Under the pieces are notes generated by a model. That model was not told the DNA's origin. It saw nothing but the letters and a program-made list of their open reading frames with translations, and searched no databases. From assembly GCA_013265495.1 (NCBI GenBank), contig MU058423.1:5686745-5750744 (forward strand): a stretch of 64,000 nucleotides of DNA. Reading direction: 5' to 3'. This document shows, one piece after another, positions 40,775 through 53,345 of this stretch. Both the position numbers and the translations under genes were made by a program. Positions within the stretch are counted from its first letter, which is position 1, and every line of letters begins with the position of its first letter. The DNA comes from Vicugna vicugna. Lineage: Eukaryota.

Positions 40775-41238
40775 AAAAGAAATGAGCTATCAAGTCAAGA
40801 GAAGACAGAGGAACCTGAAATGTGTATCACCAAGTGAAAGAAGCCAATCTGAAAATGCTACAACAGTGTATGATTTCAGCTATGTGCCTTCTGGAAAAGG
40901 CAAAACTATGGAGACGGTAAAAAGATCAGTGGTCGCCAGGGTTTGGGTAGGGGAAGGGATGAATCGATGAAGCACAGAGGATTTTTAGGGCAGTGTAAAT
41001 ACTCTGTATGATACCATAATTATGGATACATGTCATTGTACATTTCTCCAAATCCACAGAATATAAAACGCCAAGAGAGAACTGTAATGTAAACAATGAA
41101 CTCTGGGTGATCATTATGTGTCAGTGTAGCTTCATCAATTGAGGACAGGGAGTAAATGGGAAATCTCTGTACTTCCCCTTCAATTTTGCTGTGAACCTAA
41201 AATTGCCCTACAAAAATAAAATCTTAATTTAAAAAAAT
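40775..41238 (+). mobile_element. L1MC1/2-like 3' end
   Basis: aagtgaaagaagccaatctgaaa...ctggaaaaggcaaaactatggagacggtaaaaagatcagtggtcgccagg...ctgtgaacctaaaattgcc. Confidence 0.85.
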
Positions 41239-41434
41239 GTTTCAGTGGTTACCAAAGGAGTTAAAATAATTAATTTTAATTGGAATTCTCTATGCAAAAT
41301 TTAGATCTACCCATGACCAGTATTATCCACAGACAACACTCTATTTGATTTGATTTAATTAAATAGTAATTAATATTTAAATCAGTAAATAGTTCAGGGA
41401 TATTTTAAGTCTGTGAATGCTTCATATATTAAAA

Positions 41435-41700
41435 CTAATACTAATAGCTAATACTTTAATGCTTAAATACATGCCAAGCAATTTCTAAGTGCTTTATATT
41501 TAAACTAATTGGATGCTTGCTAGAACTCTTTGAGTTAAGAACTATTAATATGTATTATTATGACTAAACCCATTTTTCAGATATTGGTTGTGAGAAAAAA
41601 AGAGATAAGTACCTTGACAAAATAAACAGCAGTAAGCGGTAGAGCTGTGATTCAAATCCAGACAGTTTTGCTCCAGAGTTAATTTTTTTAACCTCTAAAA
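41435..41700 (-). mobile_element. MIR SINE
   Basis: aatagctaatact...tgccaagca...ctaagtgcttta...cccatttttcagat...agagctgtgattcaaatccagacag. Confidence 0.75.
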
Positions 41701-41939
41701 ACACGCTACTCAGTATATTCAGTGAACCTGTGTGATCCAAGAACTGTTTGGATCTATTCTGATAGTAAATAAGTACAGAGATTAAGGTTAAGCGTTTATA
41801 AACGTAATAGCTATTTGACATGGATGTGTCATTTAAATGCATGTTTGCTTTCTAGTAATACTTTTTTTTTATATTTGAGAAATTATTGGTCTGCATGAGT
41901 TAGAAACTAAACAAACAACCACATCCTTCATTCTAAGTC

Positions 41940-42120
41940 AAAGATATGCAAACTTTTCCTGTTAAGAGTCAAATAGGAACTATCATAGAATTTTGAGGTC
42001 ATACTGTCTTGACTGCAAATACACAACTCTGGTGGTGTAGCATGAAAGCAGCCATACACAATAGTAAATAAGTGCTTGTGACTCTGTTCCAATGAAATTT
42101 AATTTACAAAAACAAGGGCA
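41940..42120 (+). mobile_element. MER58A-like hAT-Charlie DNA transposon relic
   Basis: gcaaacttttcctgttaagagtcaaatag...caactctggtggtgtagcatgaaagcagccatacacaat...ctgttccaatgaaatttaatttacaaaaaca. Confidence 0.8.
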
Positions 42121-45100
42121 ATATTATATTCATATTATACTTATGGCAAAAAGTGAAACTGTGTTCTAGTAGAAAGCATGTTACACTGGGAATTGATTAC
42201 CCAGCATTGTATCCCTTGCCTTGTCACTAAGTAGTTGTGCAACCCTGCCATGCCAACCCACCTTTCCAGATTGCATTCTGCACCTTGAAAAATCAAGAAA
42301 GGAAACAGAGAGTAATGGGATGTGTGTAAACCCTAAAATTACATGTAAATGGATTCTTTCGACTTTTATCAATTTATTGATGAACGTGTACTTGCTGTTT
42401 TTTTGTATGACACAGCTGTACCATTCTTACATAAACTGAGACCCACCCCCTCCCCACATAAGTAGTTTAACTTAAAACATATTGTATACAGTATTAATAT
42501 GATTGTCACTAATACTGATCTTCTCTGGGTCTCTAGTAAGCTAATTGTACACCATCTGCTCTTAGACAGCTGAACTTTTCTCGTGTTAAGTGGCTATCAA
42601 AAAATACCCAACACTCTTGCCTCTGCCAATGAGTTTGTGTACTAGCCACTGGTTCTATGGTCCATACCATGAAGCAATGAAGCTGTCAGATGCTTGAATC
42701 AATGGGAAAATTGTTCTTTATATGCTAGTTGAAATATGTATGGGAAATAAAACTTAAGTAAAATATATAGATAGTAGTCTGAATACTCTAATTAATAGGA
42801 CCTAGTAATTTTTATTAAAGTAAAAGTCTGCAATTATCTTATTGTGTCAAAAAGCACAACATAACTTTTATCTTTCCCATCCATCACAGCAGCTGTAGGA
42901 TGTCCTTGAACACATGAAACAAAATCTGCTGAAGAAATATCAGCATCTGCTTTAAAAGAAATAAGTATTTTCATAATATCCCCCTTAAAGTATTTAAAGC
43001 ATGCAGCTAAAAAAGGTGATTTATTGATCAAGAGAATATAAAATGGAATATAAAGAACTAAAAAGTCTTGATATTAACTCAAATTACATTTAAGACTAAG
43101 AAGAAATACAGATAGAGAATTAAGATCTGAAGAATTGTCAGAGGAGATATTCAGAAAGAAAAACATAGATACACAAATATAGAAAAGGAGAGGAGATGAA
43201 AGATATGAGGGAAATATTTAAACCTTTAAAGTAAGTACAATTGGCGTCCAAGAATGAGAGAAGCGATGGTATGGCAAAGATTAGAATGAGACTTCCAAAA
43301 TCATGAGAAGCATCAATCTAGGGAATCAAGAAGCACCGTGTGCACTAAAAGAGAAGCACTACATAAACACACACATCTATCAAAAACTGCAACTTCTACC
43401 CAACCGTCTGGCTTTGTTTTTCTCCGTAACACTCATCACATCTTTCTATATAGTTTTTTATTTATCTAGATTTTTGTCTTTCCCATTCCTAGAGTTCAAG
43501 TTCTATGAAGAGCAGTTATTTTTATAATTATTTTATTTATTATCATATCCACAATAAACATTCATTGAATAGATGAATGGATGAGTGTTCTAGACCTTAC
43601 ATTTTTCAATAGCCCCCTTGGGACTTTCACACCCATAAGCTATTTATAATGCATGGCATCACTACATTTTGCACCGTGAATTATTTAATCTATCGCAAAA
43701 TTTCTTTCTAGAACATCCTACTTAAAGCAGGAATTGTTAGCACCAGTAAGATCATTTAAACTTGTATTTTGAAACTTGTTCAGAAATGCTTAACTTTGGA
43801 TCTCATCATCTGCAAACTCAGTGACTGCTTTTTGCATACAAAAATGTATGTCTGACTTACTAAAATAAATTATTAAATTGTTATAAGATTGTACATATTT
43901 ATATGCTAAATCTCCACAGAGCCACAGAGAATCTGAAAATGTTCTGAGTGAATAGCATATTCTTAAATTATAGCTTCTGCTTATAGACAGTGCTACCTCT
44001 GAGTGGTTGAAGTTCTCTCCTACTAGGTACCTTGACAAGAATACTATAACTAATAAGCCACTACCATTATTCCCTTAGGACTATAACTTTGTTTAGAAAT
44101 GGCAAACATGTGCCATGTGGGAAAGAATGAAAGGGAACTACCACTGATATTTGTGAGTTTGAAAATTATTTCTATTATTATAGTAAATACTTCTTTCATG
44201 TATTGTAACCATTTTCAAAAACAATGCACTCATCACATCTTTTTGAATTGCTCTTCTATTTTTTTCTGTTAGTTTTTATACATAGTCTGAATCAGAGTGG
44301 TCTTTATTTATATGTGCATTTTAGTGTGGTAATTTAAAACTAGTTAGAATATCCAATTGAAAAGATTGTTTGTATTGCTGTTAGAGTAGTATAAATAATC
44401 AGAGTCCTCAGTATTTGAACATAGCTTTTGGAGGAACATGAGACTGAAAACATAGAGGGTTCATTGGATACCATTGGGTTGAGAGATACATATCAACCAT
44501 ATTAATGGTGTAGCGCCCAGATGTCACTACAGGAAGATTCAGTAGTTGTATTAAACTTGTGTAAACAAAACAAAGCAAATTATAAAACAATTAATGAAGG
44601 GCTCTCATCAGCCCAGCTTGGGACAAATTCCCTGAACTTACTAGTCATACCCAAATCATTTGCACTTTAGATATGGAAGATTAAGCTTTTGTCAACACTA
44701 CCAATGGAGGGTGGAGGTTTGGGGGAGAGGGGTGGTAAAGGGTATTTCATAGTTCTAAGTCTTCTATGCATGGTCCACCAAGAAGATCTAGGCAGCTTCT
44801 GTTATTGCTCAACAGTTATGTTACCCTTGCAGCTAATCCCCGTTCTGTTACTGTTTAGACAAGAATTCCCCTCCTGTGTTTTAAGACTTACTTTTGTTCT
44901 TGTGCTCAGAGATGCTCAAATGGGTATAGCCATCACCAAGGGTGGGGTGCAAAGGCAGGGGGGAAATAAAAAATTAAGCATCGGTCTTAAAAATCTAATC
45001 ACTGCAAACAATGGCTGAAAATATTGAAATAATCCCTTCTTGGGTCAGGGAGATAGGGTCTCTTGGGTCAGCAGAGGTGGAAGACTCTGTAGTCTTAAAA

Positions 45101-47067
45101 CATGAGTCTCCCATTACAGATGATGAAGCCAAGGTGCATATATAAATTTTTAAAAAAATAAGTCTGTCAAATTATGAAATCATTACTTAATATGTGAAAA
45201 CAAAAAGCTGAATGTATCACTTCCTTAAATACGAGTGCTATGCTGGTCAGGTATGGTGTCCTTGAGCAAAACATATGATCTCTTATGAAGTATTCAGAAA
45301 ATCTTTTGCTTTAAGGTTGTTTGGGTTATAGAGCTTAGAGTGAGTTGGCACCAGTCTTGAGGATGGAGCACGTAATAGTTCTCATTCTGGACAGAGATAC
45401 ATGAATTTGGTGACACCGTCTTCAGAATAATATTCACTGAAGCAAATCTGCTGAATGGTTGACTTTCAAGGAATAAGGTAGAGAGTGATTGGCTAGCTTT
45501 CAGAGGTGGGTTCACTAAAGTGAATGTCACTGAATAGATGCATTTAAAAACATGCTATCATGGGTAGAGAATTATAATGGCCATAGAACTAATATTGATT
45601 GATTAAAAAGAGTTCTTTGGTTAATGACTTCATGCCTACAAGATAATAATCTTGTCCTAAATGAGTAGGGACATTTTTAAATGTTTAAAAATAATTTTGG
45701 ATTTACAGAAGAGTTGAAAAATATTACAAAGAGTTCACACATTCCTATCACTCAATTTTCTCTAAGGTTAATATTGTAATAATAATGTAATAACCATGGT
45801 GCATTTATCAAAACCAAGCACCTAACTTTTAAAAATATTATTTGGGCATTCTTGAAATTTAAAAATAGTTTAACCCTAGGACCATAGTGGGTAGACGAGG
45901 GACTGGCTATCATAAAAAGTGGGTAAAAAGCTGGGTTAGAGCACGTGTTCACTTGAAAATGTTCTTTTTAACAATTGGGTCATGTGCATCTGGTGTAGGA
46001 ACTTTCTTCTACCATAAGTGACACCAATAAATGTTTGTTATTTACTATAAAAAAAAAGCTGTGCCATACGAATAGATTGAGGTTAAAAGAATCAGACACA
46101 CTAAAAGCACACACAGAAGTATGTCCAGGATTGATATATCAGGCTTTGGTGATTGATATTTTTATAAAACTGTTCTCTTCCACTATTTCTAATACTTTTA
46201 AAGTGGCCCAGACCTTAGTTTCTGTTAAGTGCCTAAGATTCTATAGTTTATTAATATAACCTTAAATTAAAAACTTACTTTTTAATAAACACAAGTACCT
46301 TAAATTACCAGAGGTCTAGAAATCACATTAACAACGTGACTCACGTAGAGAGATAAATCTGAATGGATACTTTTGCATGATTAACTGATTAACCAATGGT
46401 TAATTGAATGGTTACATTACTATGAAATGGTTGTACAAAATGGAATATGTATTTACTTCTGTCTTTTCACTCTTCTCTTTTATCTCATGCATCTGATAGA
46501 TTTCCCAGGTATGCAAATACCCTCATAATCTGGCCTTGTACAATCTTTAAAATAAAATTCTGAATCCAAAACTGAAAATAATTATTGATATATATCTCAA
46601 CAATAGAATAAAATTTTTAAATCTTTTCTCTTCAATAATAAACATTGAGTAATATTTCATACCCATTCTTAGTTTAAAAGAATCTTCAAAATCTCAGTAT
46701 AGCAGCATCCTTTTACTACATGATAGAAATGTATATATTAATACAACTATAAATATCATTCTGAAGGGAGAATTATCCCAAGATAACCTGTTAAAAAGCT
46801 GGCAATATATAACTAACATAATATACCATATTATTAATAATAATTATATTAAGGCTTACATAGGGTAGTTATGTAAATCTTTAATTTTTGAGACTTTATC
46901 AATGTCACTAATACTGTCCAAGGTATGAACATTTCATTAAACTCTGTAATCATCAATTACACTATGTAAAAAATTAGTCTACTTGTACAAAGTTACTATT
47001 GCCAGGGAAGATGCAATGGTAGTTTGATTTATAATTACATAAAAATGCTAGCATGATGGTAGCATTT

Positions 47068-47152
47068 AATATGGATTTATGAGGAATAAAATCATGGAGA
47101 TTTAAACTGGAAAATATGGATTTATGAGGAATAAAATCATGGAGATTTAAAC
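47068..47152. repeat. Perfect 40-bp direct duplication with 5-nt spacer
   Basis: AATATGGATTTATGAGGAATAAAATCATGGAGATTTAAAC at 47068-47107 and 47113-47152, spacer TGGAA. Confidence 0.95.
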
Positions 47153-47419
47153 ATCAGGAAAAAAAGTCACACTTTTGATCAAATATGTTATATTTCTATA
47201 ATGGAAAAATTTAAGACACAGTGATCAACTTACAAATGTCATCTTAGTTACAAATAATACTTTTAGGCATAAATCAGAATCATAATTTATGAAATCATGT
47301 ATGAAAGGATGACTATTGAAAATGTATAGCTCTTTCAACCACACTTGTGCACATGATCAGACACATGACTGCACAAACATTATCTCAACAAATTCATAAT
47401 CAACTTATATTTACTGATA

Positions 47420-47575
47420 TCCTCCTCAGTTTCCTAAATTATAAAATTGGATAAACTAGTATCTATTTCTTTGTGTTGTTTTGAGGATTAAAGTAATTTA
47501 ATCCTCAGTGTATTAGCATGCAAAGGGCTTAGGTGCATGTCTAATACATAGTGTCTCTGTAAATATTAGTATTAC
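47420..47575 (+). mobile_element. MIR SINE relic
   Basis: cctcagtttcctaaattataaaattggataa...gttgttttgaggattaaa. Confidence 0.7.
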
Positions 47576-48999
47576 TCTACAACAAACATACCATTATTTT
47601 ACACTTAGTAAAATGCTGTATAGTTATTAAAATATTATATCCATTGTACTACATTGTTAAAATAGTATCCTGCTACTAATTAATGCAAAAATGCAAGAAA
47701 CTAGGAAATGAAGGATATTATTCAGGTAATTCATTAAAAATCACATAAATGCTATTAAAATTGACCAAAAAATCTTACAATCCATATTTCCTTGTATAAT
47801 TCTTTACTTCAATTTGTAGTTTTGGTTTCATAGGTAATCTTAAACATTTGGTTTCAGGCCAATAAATTTTTTTAATTAGTACTGAAAGAATACTTTGGGG
47901 ACATTAATGACAGTTCTTATATTTATTCTGGCTTATAAGAAAACTGATTTTGAGTTAGTACTTAAAAGCTAAGACAGAATACACCTTGGCATTTAGATAA
48001 ACTGATGTAATTATTTTATGTGTTAATACCAACTACATGTTTTTGAATATTCAATTTATTATTTGAGCTGCTGATATATCACTGTAACATCTACAAATGC
48101 TAATTTATGTTTTTGAAAGAATAAGCAGCTTTTATAGTATCAATTTATTTTAGGTACATAATAGAGGGAAAAAAGATGAAATTTTTTAAAAATTGATTTC
48201 CTTATTTGAACAGTGTATTAAAAATGCATATTATCAAGTAATGTATCCACTTTAAGCTGCTTTGACCAGATTGCCTAGAGAAAGTATTCTGAAAGAAATG
48301 CAAAAGTGATGGGCAAAGTCAAAGTGAAAGATGTCTATTTATATTATAATTTTAATTTCAATCTTTATTATTTTTGAATGTTATTTGCCTGGGTATTGAA
48401 ATCACAGCACATTTTGCAGTGTTTCTGAATGAAGTTCTGAATGGAGACCATCCATAATCATGCTAGTAAGAATATGTTAAATGTGCGAATATCATCCAGT
48501 ACATGTATCACTGATACAGTTTGGCTATTTTTACTATCAAATGGAATTACTGATTTTAATATCAGATACACTACTGGGCTTAATGAGTAACTATCAAATC
48601 TGTTAAATACATTAGCATTCCACAGCATGGATTTATTCAGAAAACCTCCACAGTTCAAATTAAGGATGTGGCCAAATCAATGTTATTTCCTTAATACATA
48701 AGTATGAAACATTTGATTATTATCAAATGGAAGATATTTTATTGAATTACTTCACTGTGAACATATTTTGTAATGAAAAATTTCTAATATAGAAACATAG
48801 GGCAATGTGCAAAATATCATATATCCTTCCTTTTGAGTGTCATGGTCAATTCTAGACAATTTCAAGCAGGTCAAGTATTATTTTCCTCTGTTAACTGAAG
48901 GCTGATTTAGCCAATAAAGGTCTATTGATTTCATAACTGAGATAAACATAAATTCTTGCTGGTCCACTTCTATTAGAGTCCCTTGTTGGTGCCCCTGAG

Positions 49000-50445
49000 T
49001 TGCAGATGACAAGCTGAGTGATGACATGATACTACCCACCAAAAATCCTGAAGATACTATCAGAAAATTACTAGAGCCCATCAATGAATCTGGTAAAGTT
49101 GCAGGATGCAAAATTAATATAAAGAGATCTGTTGCATTTCTGTACACTAGCAATGAAATATCAGAAATAGATATTAAGGAAACAATCTCATTTATTACCA
49201 CATCAGAAAGAATAAAATACCAAGGAATAACCTACCTAAGGAGGCAAAAAGCCTGTACTATAAGATGCTGATGAAAGAAATTTAAGATGACACAGATAAA
49301 AAAAAACAAACATATTTTTGGATTGGAAGAATCAACATTGTTAACACGACCATAATACCCAAGGCAGTATACAGATTCAATGCAATCCTTATCAAATTAC
49401 CAGTAGCATTTTTCACAGGACTAGAACAAAAAATGTTTAAATTTGTATGGATACATAAAAGAGCCCAAACAGCAAAAACAATCTTGAGAAAGAACAGAGC
49501 TGGAGGAATCACACTCCCTGACTTCAAACTATACTACAAAGCTACAGTAATCAAAACAATATGGTACTGGCACAGAAAAAGACATATGGGATGGAATAAA
49601 AGCCCAGAAATAAATCCATGTATTCACAGTCAATTAATCTACAACAAAAGAGGTAAGACTATACAATGGAGAATATATAGTCTCTTCAATAGCAGTGCTG
49701 GAAAAACTGGACAGCCACAAGTAAATGAATGAAATCAGAACATTCTCTAACAGCATATACAAAAATAAACTCAAAATGGATTAAAGACCTAAATGTAAAG
49801 CCAGATACCATAAGACTCCTGGAGGAAAACATAGGCAAAGCACCCTTTGACATAAATCACAGCAATATTTTTTTAGATCTGTGTCCATAGAGTAATGGAA
49901 ACAAAAGCAAAGTAAATAAATGGGACCTAGTTAAACTTAAAAGCTTTTGCACAGCAAAGGAAACCATAAACAAAATAAAAAGACAACTGATGGAATAGAA
50001 AAAAAAATCAGCAAACAATGTGACTGACAAGGGCTTAATTTCCAAAATATACGAACAGCTCACTTAGCTCAATATCAAACAAACAAACAACTCAATCAAA
50101 AAATGGGCAAAAAACCTACATATGAGTAATACCTAGAGATTATCATACTAAGTGCAGTATGTCAGACAAAGAAAGACAGATATCATTTATATGTGGAATC
50201 TAAAAAATGATACAAATAAATTTATTTACAAACCAGAAATAGACTGACAGACATAGAAAACAAACTTATGGTTACCAAAGGGAAAAGGGGTGGTGTATAA
50301 ATTAGGAGTTTGGGGTTAACAGATACACACTACTATATATAAAATAGATAAACAACAAGGACCTAGTGCATAGCACAGAGACCTATATTCAGTACCTTGT
50401 AATAACCTATAATGGAAAGGAATCTGAAAAAGAATAGATATGCAG
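49000..50445 (+). mobile_element. 5'-truncated cetartiodactyl-type L1 (ORF2 3' part plus 3' UTR), internal deletion near 50120
   Basis: ORF remnants GKVAGCKINIKRSVAFLYT and [25 protein letters not shown]; 3' UTR acagacatagaaaacaaacttatggttaccaaaggg. Confidence 0.9.
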
Positions 50446-50599
50446 AAAAAGAGTTCCTTCCAAGGTACTAATCAAAAGTGATGTACTAATTTGACTCGTG
50501 TAATCACATTTGACTCCTTCACCATTCTAAACTATGTAAAAATCTTAACAGTTATTTGAGAAAGATGTGCCTAAAATTCCGTTAATGTAGATGGAAAAA

Positions 50600-51900
50600 A
50601 TCAGAAGTTAAAGGAATGAGACATAAAATACTCCATTTTAGTTCAGGAAATTAGAGAAGATACAGAAAATACGATGAATTAGGTTGCCAAATGATATAAT
50701 CACAATGTTAGTGTGATATCCAGAAAGGCAAGCAAAGAAAGTCTTTCTAACAGACTCACTGACATAGAAAACAAGCTAATGGTTATCGAAGGCAAGATAG
50801 AAGGGGAGAGAGAAAAATTAGGGAAACAGGATTAACAGATACAAACTACAATGTATAAAATGGATAAACAAAAATGATATACAGTATAGCACAGGGAATT
50901 ATTCCCATTATCTTGAAATAACCTATAATGGAATATAATCAGCAAAAATATTAAATAACTTTTGCTGCACATCTGAAATTAATGCAATATTATAAATCAA
51001 CTACACGTCAATAAAAAAGAAAGTCTATTATAAGGGACTGATCAATTGCATAAAATACTCGTGATCAACCAACTATGATAAAGGATGAAAAGTGATAATT
51101 AAACTTAGCAAATTAAACTCATTGCTGACTTTCCTTGACACCAGGAGTTTACTTGAAATTGGATGAGATTTTGAGTAGGAAGCTCTATTAGAGTTATTTC
51201 AAAAAGAACGGAATGAGGATTTGGAGACAGGGAATACAAGCACTTTTTATAATTCTGCTGACAAGCGACAGAGAAAATGATGCTAGGATCAAGAAAAACC
51301 TATGATAGACATAAAGAATATGTTTACATCAGAGCGAGAGAGAAAAATAAATTGGAAGACACAGAAGAGAGACACAAACAAACAAAAACGCCGCAGCAGT
51401 GCCCTGTGCCCGTGCAATGGGATAAGAACTGGTACATGCAAGGATGGCGTGGCATATGATAAGAACATGGAGATTTGGGGATAACAAGAACATCTAGGTA
51501 TATTCTGCGGTTAGGAAAGTTTGGTGACAGAAATTATGTGAAAGTCCTCTTCCACAAAATCTATTTCTTTCAGTGAAATATGAAGCAAACAATTGAATGT
51601 GAGGGTAGAAGAGAGGTTTTTGTAGGTTTGAGCCAGGGAATAAGTCCTAACTACTCAGAATAATGAGAATAATGAGAGATGGAAGGAGTGAATGCACTGG
51701 GGAGGTGTCCTATGTATGACTGTCAGGCAGCATTAAAGGCTTGCTGAAAGCTGCCCTCGGTCATGTATGATAGGACCAGTCAGCATGGTTGTGAGTTTCC
51801 TCAATGTACACTTCAGGTGCAGAGGTAGAACAGGAATTACATTTAAATTAGGTTAAGTTTTTGCCAGGTAATTACATCAGAGCAAGAGAGAAAAGGAGTC
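50600..51900 (-). mobile_element. L2 relic (interrupted)
   Basis: tgatcaattgcataaaatact..., ttagcaaatt...cattgctgact...ttgacaccaggagttt, ttggagacagggaatac resemble the L2 antisense strand. Confidence 0.55.
50749..51018 (+). mobile_element. L1 3'-UTR insertion with TSD, nested in L2
   Basis: acagactcactgacatagaaaacaagctaatggtt...aaatcaactacacgtcaataaaa; TSD AAAGAAAGTCT at 50734-50744 and 51016-51026. Confidence 0.85.
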
Positions 51901-53184
51901 AACCATACAGACAAGGCATCTGGAATTCACATGACTGGGGCATGTTAATGTGTTTTTGGCAGAGGCCACTTTGCTCAATTCTCTAATATCCAAACAGAAG
52001 AGAGACAGATACGAAAGAGACTGTTGTTTCTTTAATGACAGTATTAGCATGCCTTCAAATCAAAATTTCACAGAAAAATTGAGTAGGTCATGCTCATATC
52101 CATGTAATCCATGAAGTTATATTTTGCATTTTTCTACTCTACAAAATTACTTGTGATTATTATAACATCTTGACAGTAAGTAGATTGTCCCAATAGTTCT
52201 CAAAACTTTGATAAATATAATTAGAAGCATGTAAGTAAAACCAGATGTTCAAACAATTTTTTGTGTACAATTTTCATTATTTTAGAAAATAACACTAATC
52301 AAAATGTTTATTTTTAATGTTATAATTATGTTAATACTGACTTTAGATTTGCTAGTATTCTTGATTGCTTCTCAGTCAGGAACACAGCCTGTGTGATATC
52401 CACATTACACAAAGCCCACCTTCAACATCTTAATCACTGATCCCATACAAAGAATGAGTAAATTTAAGATTAGAAATAGGCCAAGGAAACGTCAATTAAT
52501 TCCTAGTATTTACAATCTTTAACATAGACCCCTGGTCTCACTAAGGACTACTGACAATTTAGTAAGACTATTGTTAATGACCTGCTTAGACTATAATGCA
52601 GATAACATTATAAAATCAAGGTTTCTTAAATGCTGTTGATGGGTAATCTGATAAAAAAGCTAAAAAAATAAGAAGAATATATTTTTATTTATTTATAGTT
52701 TTCATATTATAGGCATTCTTCTTTGTATATTATTTTCTCCTTAAAATTAAAGATTTCAAAGTTAATCAGAATGCTTTATCAGTTTTCAGAAGATCTGAAA
52801 TAGAGTTACAGATATAAAAAGGATATAGATATAGAAAAGAATGATAGTTTAATGGCTTGGTATTTAAAGAAAACAGAATGTTAAATACAATTTCTTACTA
52901 AAACACTGAAATGTATAGAGCAAAAAAGGAGTCAATTTAATGTGAATAAATACATTCTAACAACTTTATCAACCATAGCATCAATGTAACTCTTGTAATT
53001 CAACCTTCTTTACCTTTATAGCACTTAATAGATTACCCTTCATCATGGTATATATATATATTGAACATCTCTTTATGATCTGTTGTCCCATCTTCTCCAC
53101 TAGAAAGTGCTGAAAATAGTGTCTGATACATTGAATGCACTTAATATTATTTTCAATTAATAAAAGAAGTGAGGAGTAAATCAT

Positions 53185-53345
53185 AATCTAATAACAATTA
53201 TTAATTAAGCATTTCCTGTTAGCTAGTAGTTATATTAATACCTTTACATACATAAGCTCATCCAGTTTTTACAGTAACTATTAAGTAAACACTAATACAC
53301 TACTGTTATTTTAATTCTACAAATGTGAAAACTGAGGTTTGTGAA
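53185..53345 (-). mobile_element. MIR SINE relic
   Basis: ttattaattaagcatttcctgt...attctacaaatgtgaaaactgagg. Confidence 0.6.

Noticed and set aside
47068..47152. Direct repeat as a CRISPR-like array
   Set aside because: Only two copies, a 5-nt spacer, mammalian context and no cas genes.
48458..48658. 66-aa minus-strand ORF in unique sequence
   Set aside because: Non-ATG start, no splice signals or homology; length compatible with chance.
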